Notes: a model not told the origin generated them from the letters alone. Shown: positions 35,787 to 45,333, counted from the stretch's first letter. The stretch: 64,000 nt of DNA from Candidatus Zixiibacteriota bacterium (GCA_022571985.1 JACZWU010000002.1:360136-424135), one strand, 5' to 3'. Numbers and translations are program-made.

Positions 35787-37799
35787 ATGACTAGAGCAAA
35801 ATTAGTACACGTAGTTTTGGCATTATTTCTCGCTACGATTTTTTTATCAGTAAATGTTCAAGCAGAACCAAATGAAGGTGTGCTCTTTAACATTGTCGCG
35901 GACGAGTATGTAGACATGATGTATCTCGTTGCAGGAGACCTCGACCTTGATAACAAAGTTGATTTGGTTTTCTCCGGCTGGATAGATGGTGGATTTATCG
36001 CTTTTGGTGAAGGTAATGGTATGTTTGAAGAACCAATTAGCATATCCGTATCAGGGTCTTCTAATCTGACTTTAGGTTATGTTAACACAGATGCACTATT
36101 AGACATTATTGCCGTATCCAACACGACTATCTATATACTGCTTAACAATGGCGACAGGACGTTCACTACTACTTCCTGGTCCAATGCAGCGCCCTCTATA
36201 AATTTTATCACTACCGGATATTTCAATAATGATGTGTTCCTGGATTTCGTGGCCAGTCCCAACAAGGTATATTTTGGTGATGGCACCGGGGCATTCCCTT
36301 CCAATAATACGCTGCCGTTTAGCGATTTGTACGGTGCTGATGTGAGTGACTTTAATTTAGATGGCTTTGATGACTTGGTAGTATTAGAGGGCTCAGGTAC
36401 CAGCACAAGTCGAATACTTCTAAATGATGGAAATGGCAATTTTAGTGAATCAAGTAGCCTTAGTTTAGGTGCCCTTTCTATCTCTGTTTCGACAAGCAAT
36501 GCTCTGGCTGACTTTAACAACGATGGCAATCCGGATTTTGCTTTAATAACGCCCGTCGCTACAGCTTGCCCGGCAAGCAATTATACTAGTTATGGCACGG
36601 TTGGTCTTGGGGATGGTAACGGTGGCATATTGGCTACGGAGAGTTTTGAAGTTTGCGGCACAGCATACAATATGACCACCGCCGATGTAAACCGTGACCA
36701 TAAATTGGACATAGTAGTAGCCGATGGACGATTTAAGGTGCTCGTCGTTTTGCTTGGCAATGGTGACGGTACTTTCCAGCCTCCTGACGAAACTTCATTT
36801 GGAACCGAAGAAGTAACTTTTGTACTGGCTCAGGGAGATTATAATCGAGACGGTAATCCGGACTTTTCATCAGGAGGAGGGTTAGTCCACTTTGATAGTA
36901 TTTATTCGGCGCTAAACAAGCAGCCCGGAAGGCCGATCCTTCCTGAACCAATGGTAACTACGGGATTTTCTTCGGTGGCTTTTGAAGTGATAAATCCTGA
37001 AGGGTTTAAAATATCCAGACTTAAAAATACTGTGGCGGGGGGCAGGTATGAACGATTTGACAAAGATAATGACGGCCAGCTCGATGCACAAGCTTATGAT
37101 TACAATCTGGAATACGGCGAATATACGCTAGTTTTTAGAAGACGAGCTGACATAACATCACCTGCAATTTTTGATGCCAATATCAGCATAGGTGATTCCA
37201 GGCATTTGACTATTTTCAAGGATTACGAAACACCCGGTACGGCCAAAGGAAGTGCAGCAAATGATAGTATTGTGTTTACGATTTCAATAGATGAGTTTCC
37301 TCAAACTGTACCGGAGTCAGGCGAAACCGCATTTGATGTCACTCCGAGTTTTAGCTGGAGTGGGTTGTCTCGAAATAAATTCAGTTCGGCTATAAGTTAT
37401 GATTTTCAGCTGGATTCAAAAGTGGATTTTTCAGCTCCCCTAATTAGCGAAACAGGTTTAGCAAATCACACTTATTCAACCTCAATTTTACTGGACCGTG
37501 ACAAAGTATATTATTGGAGGGTCCGTAGTTTTGATGGCGCCATCTATTCAGACTGGTCAAATTCGATGGCGGTATATATTGGCCCATTTTTCTGTGGTGA
37601 TTGTAATAACGATAACAGCGGTCCTAATATCTTAGACCTGACATTCATGGTGGATTATATTTTCCGTGGAGGTCCGAACTCAGAGATTTTAGAGAATGCT
37701 GATTTGAACGGAGACAATTTCCCGAGCGATATTCTCGATTTAACGCTTCTGGTAGACTTTATCTTCAGGGGAGGCGCTAAACCTACCTGTGGTATTTGA
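35787..37799 (+). CDS. Secreted FG-GAP/VCBS beta-propeller protein + FN3-like module + dockerin-like tag
   Basis: Repeated Dx(N/D)xDxxxD(F/L/I)(V/A) loops: DLDLDNKVDLVF, DFNLDGFDDLVV, DFNNDGNPDFAL, DVNRDHKLDIVV and DYNRDGNPDFSS. The FN3-like block is YYWRVRSFDGAIYSDWSN. The C-terminal tag follows. Confidence 0.75.
   Translation: MTRAKLVHVVLALFLATIFLSVNVQAEPNEGVLFNIVADEYVDMMYLVAGDLDLDNKVDLVFSGWIDGGFIAFGEGNGMFEEPISISVSGSSNLTLGYVNTDALLDIIAVSNTTIYILLNNGDRTFTTTSWSNAAPSINFITTGYFNNDVFLDFVASPNKVYFGDGTGAFPSNNTLPFSDLYGADVSDFNLDGFDDLVVLEGSGTSTSRILLNDGNGNFSESSSLSLGALSISVSTSNALADFNNDGNPDFALITPVATACPASNYTSYGTVGLGDGNGGILATESFEVCGTAYNMTTADVNRDHKLDIVVADGRFKVLVVLLGNGDGTFQPPDETSFGTEEVTFVLAQGDYNRDGNPDFSSGGGLVHFDSIYSALNKQPGRPILPEPMVTTGFSSVAFEVINPEGFKISRLKNTVAGGRYERFDKDNDGQLDAQAYDYNLEYGEYTLVFRRRADITSPAIFDANISIGDSRHLTIFKDYETPGTAKGSAANDSIVFTISIDEFPQTVPESGETAFDVTPSFSWSGLSRNKFSSAISYDFQLDSKVDFSAPLISETGLANHTYSTSILLDRDKVYYWRVRSFDGAIYSDWSNSMAVYIGPFFCGDCNNDNSGPNILDLTFMVDYIFRGGPNSEILENADLNGDNFPSDILDLTLLVDFIFRGGAKPTCGI
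37590..37796 (+). repeat. Dockerin-like C-terminal tag, copy 5 (variant lacking the CC and mid Cys)
   Basis: FCGDCNNDNSGPNILDLTFMVDYIFRGGPNSEILENADLNGDNFPSDILDLTLLVDFIFRGGAKPTCGI*. Confidence 0.65.
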
Positions 37800-37831
37800 T
37801 ATCGGTATTTAACAGAACAGATTTTGCGTAA

Positions 37832-37867
37832 GCCCGGTTTAGATTAATCTAAATCGGGCATCTTTTT
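37832..37867 (+). terminator. Rho-independent terminator after the FG-GAP gene
   Basis: 12-bp stem: gcccggtttaga (37832-37843), loop ttaa, tctaaatcgggc (37848-37859), with one G-U pair. It is followed by aTCTTTTTg. It overlaps the TTG start proposed by the ORF track for the sigma ORF, which argues for the downstream ATG. Confidence 0.75.
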
Positions 37868-37925
37868 GCCTAATATTCGTATAATAATTCTATGCAACCA
37901 AAAGTGCAATAACCGTGTCCTAACT

Positions 37926-38495
37926 ATGAAGCATATGACGAAAGAACTGTTCTGGGAATTATTAGAGCCGGAGCATAAGCAGGCAGAGGGTTTCTGCCGC
38001 AAACTCTGTGGCTCAAGAGACAACGGTGACGACCTGTATCAGGAGGCGCTGTTAGCAGCCTATCAGGGTATAGAATCCCTGCGCAATAAAATGGCCTTCA
38101 AATCATGGCTATACAGGATAATCATAACCCGTCATCGCAATATGGTCAGGCAGCCCTGGTGGAAAAGGCGTACGACTTTGACTGCCAAACATGTTGATAT
38201 CAAGAGATTTGACCCTGGAGAGCAGTTTAATGCTCGTCGCTGGCTGAAAAGGGCCTTTGAAGCTCTGGGAGCTGAAGACAGGTCGCTGATTGTACTTTTT
38301 GAAATCGAAGGCTGGTCGGTAGCAGAACTAGCCGGACTTCTTAATAAACCGGAAGGCACAATCAAAGCCAGATTATCGAGGTCGCGAAAGAAAATGAGAA
38401 AGGCTATTATTTCCTGTCTCCCGAATCGTGTCAAAAAAAGTCAAACCAGTGAGGCTGGATATGCGTTGTCAAAAAGCACAGCAATTAATGAATGA
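37926..38495 (+). CDS. ECF (group IV) sigma-70 factor
   Basis: Region 2 is DDLYQEALLAAY...FKSWLYRIIITRHRNMVR. Region 4 is GWSVAELAGLLNKPEGTIKARLSRSRKKMRKAI. I moved the start to ATG 37926 (MKHMTKEL) because of the upstream terminator. Confidence 0.85.
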   Translation: MKHMTKELFWELLEPEHKQAEGFCRKLCGSRDNGDDLYQEALLAAYQGIESLRNKMAFKSWLYRIIITRHRNMVRQPWWKRRTTLTAKHVDIKRFDPGEQFNARRWLKRAFEALGAEDRSLIVLFEIEGWSVAELAGLLNKPEGTIKARLSRSRKKMRKAIISCLPNRVKKSQTSEAGYALSKSTAINE

Positions 38496-39510
38496 CAAAA
38501 CATATAGAAACGAAGCGATAGATATTCAACTGGCGGACCATATCCGCGGCTGCAAATCATGCTCTGCCCATGCCGCCGCCAGTCAGATTCTCAACCGGGC
38601 CTTCAGAATTGAACGGGTTAAATCAGCAGAGTCAGAAACTCCGCTGACTTTTCTGAAAGTTCGTATTGAAGCTCTTGCCTCACAGCAATCTGTTAAGGAG
38701 CACAATGTTATGTCACAACTGAAAGATAGAATTTTTAACCATCCTTTAATGAGCTTTAGTTTTGCAGGGGCGTTTGTCATGTTACTTCTGGCAGCTACAG
38801 TACCTGTTTCATGCAGTAGGACGGTTGGCTATAGCATCGGTGTCGGTGGAGACGATAGCCTAATCGCTGAGGCTATTACAACAGATGCCGACGGGACTGC
38901 CAGTATAACTTTCCAGAAAAATTCCGAGGGACATATTGTCCAATTTGATTCGAAAAGAATAGTTGGAGCTTTAAACACCTTGGGCATTTCAAATGTCAAA
39001 ATTGAATTAAGTGCTTCGGAGCTTGGTCAAACGATGACTATTTCCGGACTAGAAAGCCGCGAGCAGGCCCGCGATGCCCTGCTGGCAATTGTCGAAGTAG
39101 CCGGAGCGGGTGACAAAGCTGAGCTTACTCATCGTCAGGCGTCGGTCAGTAGTACCTTACTGGAACACGCCTTGAGCGGAATACATAAGATACTTGTCAA
39201 TAATGAGGGATTGTCAGATAAAGAAGTTCATCGTCATATAATTGCACAGCTTGAAGAAGCAGGTATTACCGGGGCAGATGTGCATTATCTAAATGATATA
39301 GATGGCCAAATAGGGATTTTTATTGGACAGAGTGGCGAAAATGACGGCTCTGTGACGAAGCAGGTAATTGAGTGGAAAACCGAAGGTAGCGGCGAGGCCA
39401 TGTTCAATCTTGATGGTTGCGACTCAGTGATGCTTATTGAATTAAAATCTGATGGTAACACTCAGACGATCGATGTCAAGAAAACTATTACATCAGATTC
39501 TGAAAGATAA
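38461..39510 (+). CDS. Anti-sigma factor (zf-HC2-like N-terminus, one TM, extracytoplasmic domain)
   Basis: HIRGCKSCSAHAAA (an HxxxCxxC motif), TM segment MSFSFAGAFVMLLLAATV, and a position directly after (and overlapping) the ECF sigma gene. The start is ambiguous: ATG 38461 with GAGG upstream, or GTG 38428. Confidence 0.7.
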   Translation: MRCQKAQQLMNDKTYRNEAIDIQLADHIRGCKSCSAHAAASQILNRAFRIERVKSAESETPLTFLKVRIEALASQQSVKEHNVMSQLKDRIFNHPLMSFSFAGAFVMLLLAATVPVSCSRTVGYSIGVGGDDSLIAEAITTDADGTASITFQKNSEGHIVQFDSKRIVGALNTLGISNVKIELSASELGQTMTISGLESREQARDALLAIVEVAGAGDKAELTHRQASVSSTLLEHALSGIHKILVNNEGLSDKEVHRHIIAQLEEAGITGADVHYLNDIDGQIGIFIGQSGENDGSVTKQVIEWKTEGSGEAMFNLDGCDSVMLIELKSDGNTQTIDVKKTITSDSER

Positions 39511-39526
39511 ACTCTGCCAATAGACA

Positions 39527-39551
39527 AGGCAGGAGTGATATGCTCCTGCCT
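39527..39551. terminator. Hairpin terminator between the convergent anti-sigma and 793-aa genes
   Basis: 9-bp stem: aggcaggag, loop tgatatg, ctcctgcct. It is followed by attt. Confidence 0.55.
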
Positions 39552-39573
39552 ATTTCGGGTAAAACTTCAATAT

Positions 39574-41955
39574 TTAGTTGTTACTTGTGTAGCTCCTTTT
39601 TTCTCGAATGACCTGATGGTCTTCATACCCAGCCCGAACTCCGTTTATCATGTAGTCGAATTTCACATCGGCGTCTTTTATATTCGAAGCCTTTACGATT
39701 AACTTTGTTGGCGTGACTGATTCAACATAGAGCATAGACTTAACCGGACCACGTGGAGTAATCTGCGCCGTTAACCCTTTTAAGTTAGTGACTAAATGAA
39801 AATCTTCGGGGAGTTCAATTTCCGCTACTCCGTTTATTAACCGGGCTGAGCCACGTGTGTAGGTGCCGGCCTCATTGCCCTCAAGAGCGACATAAACTAT
39901 TTCTTTCGTCTCATCCTCCGGATGGTCTTGTACGAATGCTTTGAGACCAGTAACGGTTAAGTCAGAATTAACTTGTACTGGACTGCCGAAAAATGCGGGG
40001 CCAAGGCAATCAAGATCAGTTCCGACGGCTAAAGTTAGCGTGGGAGTGGTCGTCGCTGTACACAGAATATCAAGAGTAGCGTCATTGTTGAGGTCCATAA
40101 AAACAGAATTCCTGCAAGTCATAGTGCCGCTGCAAGTCAAAGTGCTGGAAATATCGCAGCTAGCCAGGTTGGTTGCGCCAGTACAAGTCATAGTGCCGGA
40201 TACGTTAACCGAGCTGGCGTAGGTAGCAGCGCCGGAGACATCGCAAGTATTCAGACTGGTTGGACCATTACAGATTAATTCAGTACCAGATTCGACAACA
40301 AGCGCTTTTGATGGTGTATGTTGGTATCTTATGTCCCTGGCTGCGTCGTCATCCAGGTCGCAGTACATCAAATCACTTGCATCATCTAGATTGTATGTCC
40401 AGGCATCATTGGTAGAGGGGCGGGTGAGGCTTATTGCATCAGGATTCGCGGCGAAAGCCCTTGCCGTGGGACCTGTCAACTGTATCCCAAATCTATTATA
40501 TACAGCATTAGTTCCCGAGGAACCTAATACAAGAACTAGACCGTCTGTCCTGTGAATTGTGATTGAGTCTGTGCCGACATCGTCGGTCAAATGAATAACT
40601 TCAGGGGTTACAGAAATTCTTCCGCCGGCTCCTCCGCCGGCTGGCTCTACCATCAGCTTACCATCAATGGCAAGAATTCTTCCTGAGCTGCCGGCTAATT
40701 CGAGACTGTCGGCTGTGATTCGCACGGTTCCACCACCGGCACCTCCGCTCAAATTAACAAAGCCACCGGAACTACCACCATTTCCTAACACAGCGATGGT
40801 ACTTGCTCCGCTATCTGTCATAATATGAAATTCGTCTGGAAGCATCTCGGTTAAAGAGCCTGTGGGCTGGAAATACGTCTGTAATCTTCCGCTTCGAATA
40901 ACTGAAGCATATAACTGACCCGAAATATCGTCCGCTAGCCTGATAGAAACTTCATCTGAAGCCGGAGTAAGTATAGGTGGGAGAGTGAGAGGGTCAGGTG
41001 AATCAGGGGTTCTCAGATCAATACCCGACGGGGATATGTTGACGTATTCAAACAAATCAGATTCACTCAATATGAGAATATCTTCACCGTCTATTTTTAT
41101 TTCTGTACCGGCATACTTATTAAACATAAAAATATCGCCAGATTTGAGGGACACCCCTTTTTGCGGAGATGCTATGGGTTCGACAGCGCGAATTTCTGTG
41201 CCCGGTAAATAGATACCAGTGGTATCAATTCTAACGGCAGTATCAAGACTCGTGGAAAGGAAATTTGCTTCAGTGCCCACAAAATCAACCGATACAGATT
41301 CAAATTTAAGTGTGTCGGGAGTAAAAGTAATCGTTTTGGTACTATCGAAATTAACTATTCTCAGGCCGTCTGATCTTAGCTCCGCCGATTCTGAAGTTGC
41401 ATTGCGATCCGCAAAAAGTGCGACTCTAAGATTGCTCATTCGCAATTGATCTTCTACTGACGGTGTGGCAACATCGTCCTCAATCAAGATTTCGGGTGGG
41501 ATGCTGGCCCGCCCCCGAAGTATGATTTCAGAAGGAGTAGATAAGAAATCGCCATCTACGCCCTGGGCATTAAATGCATATGGTACTGTTAGCAGTTGTG
41601 TTCTTGGCGAAATTTCCGGGTCTGTACCAAGAGTTATTCCCAGCCAAAGTTCATCGTTGTTAAAGAGGTCTGCAGGGAAAGGAGTTATTGAGCCCAGCTT
41701 GAGTTCAATGAGTTCTAGTTCAATCGGCACACTATTATGAATTTCTACCCATTCAGAAGAAGTAGTAACCGAATCTACGTATATCTTAAATGTAACATCA
41801 AGAGTATCGTTGATCGGGCTGCCGGTGCTGTCGGTTATCTTACCCTGGTAGTTCATCTGCAGCGGTACCGCGCTGTATGTTGTTGGTACAGAAACGACTG
41901 CCAATACTGTTAGCAGTCCCAAAGCAGTAATTATTGAACGCATGGACTTCTCCAA
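39574..41955 (-). CDS. 793-aa secreted fibre/adhesin-like protein (tail-fibre-like N-terminal head, Gly-rich and Thr/Cys-rich beta-helix-like middle)
   Basis: Signal peptide. The N-terminal block is PLQMNYQGKITDSTGSPINDTLDVTFKIY...WVEIHNSVPIELELIELKLGS...LWLGITLGTDPEISPRTQLLTVPYAFNA. I recall this motif from tail-fibre-like hypothetical proteins. The middle has GGSSGGFVNLSGGAGGGTVRI and AGGGAGGRISV. No dockerin-like tag is present. Confidence 0.4.
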   Translation of the reverse strand: MEKSMRSIITALGLLTVLAVVSVPTTYSAVPLQMNYQGKITDSTGSPINDTLDVTFKIYVDSVTTSSEWVEIHNSVPIELELIELKLGSITPFPADLFNNDELWLGITLGTDPEISPRTQLLTVPYAFNAQGVDGDFLSTPSEIILRGRASIPPEILIEDDVATPSVEDQLRMSNLRVALFADRNATSESAELRSDGLRIVNFDSTKTITFTPDTLKFESVSVDFVGTEANFLSTSLDTAVRIDTTGIYLPGTEIRAVEPIASPQKGVSLKSGDIFMFNKYAGTEIKIDGEDILILSESDLFEYVNISPSGIDLRTPDSPDPLTLPPILTPASDEVSIRLADDISGQLYASVIRSGRLQTYFQPTGSLTEMLPDEFHIMTDSGASTIAVLGNGGSSGGFVNLSGGAGGGTVRITADSLELAGSSGRILAIDGKLMVEPAGGGAGGRISVTPEVIHLTDDVGTDSITIHRTDGLVLVLGSSGTNAVYNRFGIQLTGPTARAFAANPDAISLTRPSTNDAWTYNLDDASDLMYCDLDDDAARDIRYQHTPSKALVVESGTELICNGPTSLNTCDVSGAATYASSVNVSGTMTCTGATNLASCDISSTLTCSGTMTCRNSVFMDLNNDATLDILCTATTTPTLTLAVGTDLDCLGPAFFGSPVQVNSDLTVTGLKAFVQDHPEDETKEIVYVALEGNEAGTYTRGSARLINGVAEIELPEDFHLVTNLKGLTAQITPRGPVKSMLYVESVTPTKLIVKASNIKDADVKFDYMINGVRAGYEDHQVIREKRSYTSNN

Positions 41956-42089
41956 TTCGATTATGTTTTGTAATTCGATATCACAAGATTTGACAGAAAA
42001 ATATAGCTAAAAGGGGCCCATTATGCTAATGATTTGACCAGTAATATTTGAGGAAGTACCGGTTAAAGAAGGAATCTCAATTCGGATAT

Positions 42090-45000
42090 TTACGGACAAG
42101 AGCCAGGCGCCGGTCCGCCGCGGAAACCATAATCAACCTGAAACGTCAAATCCAATATATTGACAGCGCAATCGGCGTTCAAGTCTGCTTCCTCAAAACA
42201 AGAGGGAAATTCCCCACCACGGAATATATAGTCAACCAGGAAGGTTAGGTCAAGAATATTGGCATCAGACCCATCATTGTTCACGTCGCCTCGTACACCT
42301 TGGCAGCAGGGCTCGCCATTTCCAATATAGGCAACCATAGTATTGGAAAACTCCGACCATCCAAATCCTTCGTTCGAACGCACCCTCCAGTAGTAAATCG
42401 AATTAGTGTCAAGCAGCCCTCTTAACTCGCCATTGCAAAGTGCAGGTCTTGGGAAAGTGGAATCATTAAAAATAGGCGAAATGAAATCCAGAATTGTATC
42501 TAATTGAATATGGTATCTTGTTACAAATTCACTCTTATTTGAACTCAGTACTTTCCAGTCAAACCGAGGCAGATAACTTTCAGTCTTTATACCATATTTT
42601 GGCAGTAATTTCGATGTACTGTCTACTATCAAAGGATTTATTACAAAAACAAGGCTATCAGTGTAACAAGATATTGCTGAAGAATTTTCGAAGTTTTTAG
42701 AAGTACTAAAAGAAAAATCTTCAAATAATGTTGCCTCTTGGCTGCCGTTTATACGCACAGAAGCGGACAATTTACTGGTAACTCTGTTGCTGGCAGCAGC
42801 AAACTCGGGTCTTAAGTAAAAAGTCAAAACATAATTACCATCTATCAGATTATAGTCTACAATTTGCTCATCAAGCGTGTTGTCTCCGTTCGCATCAAAT
42901 CTCCAAATATCTGCTCCCGCGACTGTCTGTATGTTTTCAGAAGTCGCGAATCCCAGTGGGTTAGTCACTTGCATAGTGACGTTGGTAAAACCGGTCACTA
43001 CCAGCTCCTGGGGCAAAACTGCCACATCGGCAAGGTTGCTCGTTGTCACCAGAAGATTACCGCTATCAGCGCTTCCAGATAAAAAATCGGGCTGGCCGTC
43101 TCTGTCAAAATCAGCTGTAGCCAGAGAAAATGCTGAACCCGCAGAGGCAGTACTGAAAAACTCAGGTGCCTGAAAGGTGCGATCGCCGTTGCCGCGATAA
43201 ATTTCTACACGCTGCATAGTGCCGTTACTGGCCAGTATGTCAAGATTTTTATCCCTGTCAATGTCGATCACAAGAATATCAGAAACTATTCCGTCAATCA
43301 TTATTGTATCAACCTGGCTAAATGAGCCTAAACCGTCACCATAACCAAAAGTCATGACACTCATTCCCGAAGAATTTACATCAGGGGTAATAACCACAAA
43401 GTCAAGGTTGCAGTCTCGGTCAAGATCCGCTACTGCATTATCAATCGGAGATGTAACTACTGCTGTGTCAGTAAAGACTGAAGAAGAAGCTGTGTAATTT
43501 CCGGTTCCGGCTCCATCATTGAGCAGTAGAATAGCTGAATCATCTTCCACAGCCAATAAATCTACATAACCGTCGTTGTTGAAATCGCCTTTAATAATGC
43601 TGGTGATGACCGCTGGAATTGTGGCCGTAGATATCGTTCCTCCGGCACCGTCACCGAAAATAATAGTATTAGGTGCGACAACGAAATCCAGATATATGTC
43701 ATCGTTAAAATAACCAGACGCTATTGAAGGAATGTCATGTGCAGTAGAGCTCAGTCTGATTGCAGACGGAATCGGAATCTCTATAACAGGCCACATCGAG
43801 CAATCATTAGTACCGTTGTTAAGAAATACATATATTGTATCTGTTGTTGCCGCTAAAATGTCCGGTAGTGAATCCTGATTTACGAAACCAATTTCCAAAT
43901 CCGCGTCAAAAATATTAAAGCATTTAATCGAATTATCAAAACTAGTCTCATCAACCGAATGAGTGATAAACAGACCCGGATCGCCTGGCCCTCCTATATA
44001 TACAATATCCGCAAAATTGTCGCGATTAATGTCCGGAGTCTCCATTGCAAATACTTCGGCAGAGTCCTCTGTTGTTTCGGTAAAGCCCAGGTCTGTTACT
44101 GAGTCGCAGACGTCGCCGATGCCGTCAAGGTCAAGATCTTCCTGGCCGGGATTGAAAATATCCGGGCAGTTGTCATCGGGGCAGGTATTACCAAAGCCGG
44201 GATTGCCAAATCCATCACCATCGGTATCAATACAGTCGTCACAAACATCACCAATACCGTCATTATCTATGTCGTCTTGTGCTGTGTTTGCGATATTTAT
44301 ACAGTTGTCACAGGAGTCCTGAACTCCGTCGCTATCTCCATCCAATTGATTGGGATTGTAATTATCAGGGCAGCCGTCGCAGCCATCCGGTATACTGTCT
44401 CCGTCGGAATCGAGATTATCATCGAACCCGTGGCAAATATCACAGCTATCAGGAACGCCGTCATTATCATTGTCTAAGGTATCATCAAAGCCGGGGCAGA
44501 TATCACACGAGTCTCCAACCCCGTCACCGTCGAGGTCTTCCTGCAGGGGGTTTGCAATAAGTGGACAGTTATCAACTACGTCTAAGAAGCCATCACCATC
44601 GCTGTCATCATATGTTGAATCTATGACAAAACAATGCGGGCCGTCCCAATTACATACAAGTTGAATTCCTCCGGGTCCCGCCCACAACCATTCACCGGCC
44701 TCTCTGAAAAAACTGGAATCAATGCAGATTTGGTCGCCATGATATTGGTTGTCTATTGGACCAATCGTTAAAATAAAGCCGATTTCGTCAAACCCATCCA
44801 GCAACCCGGTCTTGGAAATAGCGAATCCTCCCAGACCGATAGTATCCGCACCAGTTCCGTCAACGCTTCCTAAATTGTCAACTATCTGTGGATTATCAAT
44901 CAAGTCGGTAACCGCCGTAGTTATAGTGGCAGTTGTAGTATCCCAATTGACACCTGAAGTAGAGTATATCCTGAATCCATTTGTAAGCGACCGCACAGTA

Positions 45001-45176
45001 TCACCTGTATTATTTGTAAGTCTCAGATAAAAGTTGATTGGTACCTGAGTGCCGATAACTCCTGATGTCGGTTCATTATCAACATGGTCAAGAAAGACCC
45101 CACTTTGAGCTGCTGTGCTTGAAGGAAGAATCTGAATAAGAGAAATAAACAAAACAACAAATAAAAATCTCTTCAT
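42090..45176 (-). CDS. 1028-aa secreted protein: thrombospondin-type-3 calcium repeats + FG-GAP/VCBS propeller + FN3-like module + dockerin-like tag (paralogous C-terminal half to 35787..37799)
   Basis: The TSP3 array is DSDGDGFLDVVDNCPLIANPLQEDLDGDGVGDSCDICPG...DNDNDGVPDSCDICHG...DSDGDSIPDGCDGCPDNYNPNQLDGDSDGVQDSCDNC... FG-GAP loops include DINRDNFADIVY, DFNNDGYVDLLA, DLDRDCNLDFVV, DIDRDKNLDILA and DFDRDGQPDFLS. YYWRVRSNEGFGWSEFSN follows, then the tag. Confidence 0.8.
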   Translation of the reverse strand: MKRFLFVVLFISLIQILPSSTAAQSGVFLDHVDNEPTSGVIGTQVPINFYLRLTNNTGDTVRSLTNGFRIYSTSGVNWDTTTATITTAVTDLIDNPQIVDNLGSVDGTGADTIGLGGFAISKTGLLDGFDEIGFILTIGPIDNQYHGDQICIDSSFFREAGEWLWAGPGGIQLVCNWDGPHCFVIDSTYDDSDGDGFLDVVDNCPLIANPLQEDLDGDGVGDSCDICPGFDDTLDNDNDGVPDSCDICHGFDDNLDSDGDSIPDGCDGCPDNYNPNQLDGDSDGVQDSCDNCINIANTAQDDIDNDGIGDVCDDCIDTDGDGFGNPGFGNTCPDDNCPDIFNPGQEDLDLDGIGDVCDSVTDLGFTETTEDSAEVFAMETPDINRDNFADIVYIGGPGDPGLFITHSVDETSFDNSIKCFNIFDADLEIGFVNQDSLPDILAATTDTIYVFLNNGTNDCSMWPVIEIPIPSAIRLSSTAHDIPSIASGYFNDDIYLDFVVAPNTIIFGDGAGGTISTATIPAVITSIIKGDFNNDGYVDLLAVEDDSAILLLNDGAGTGNYTASSSVFTDTAVVTSPIDNAVADLDRDCNLDFVVITPDVNSSGMSVMTFGYGDGLGSFSQVDTIMIDGIVSDILVIDIDRDKNLDILASNGTMQRVEIYRGNGDRTFQAPEFFSTASAGSAFSLATADFDRDGQPDFLSGSADSGNLLVTTSNLADVAVLPQELVVTGFTNVTMQVTNPLGFATSENIQTVAGADIWRFDANGDNTLDEQIVDYNLIDGNYVLTFYLRPEFAAASNRVTSKLSASVRINGSQEATLFEDFSFSTSKNFENSSAISCYTDSLVFVINPLIVDSTSKLLPKYGIKTESYLPRFDWKVLSSNKSEFVTRYHIQLDTILDFISPIFNDSTFPRPALCNGELRGLLDTNSIYYWRVRSNEGFGWSEFSNTMVAYIGNGEPCCQGVRGDVNNDGSDANILDLTFLVDYIFRGGEFPSCFEEADLNADCAVNILDLTFQVDYGFRGGPAPGSCP
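42093..42308 (-). repeat. Dockerin-like C-terminal tag, copy 6
   Basis: CCQGVRGDVNNDGSDANILDLTFLVDYIFRGGEFPSCFEEADLNADCAVNILDLTFQVDYGFRGGPAPGSCP*. Confidence 0.7.
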
Positions 45177-45333
45177 AGTTTGCCCCTGAAAATTAGAATA
45201 ATAGCGTAAACAGTAAAAGTTTGTACATCTTATTAGCTCTTAATTGGCGGTTGGACTCAGTTCTCAATTTACAAACTGAGATAGTTTTGTCAAGGCATAA
45301 GTTGTTGACTTTGATTAGTGTATTGGAAAATTT

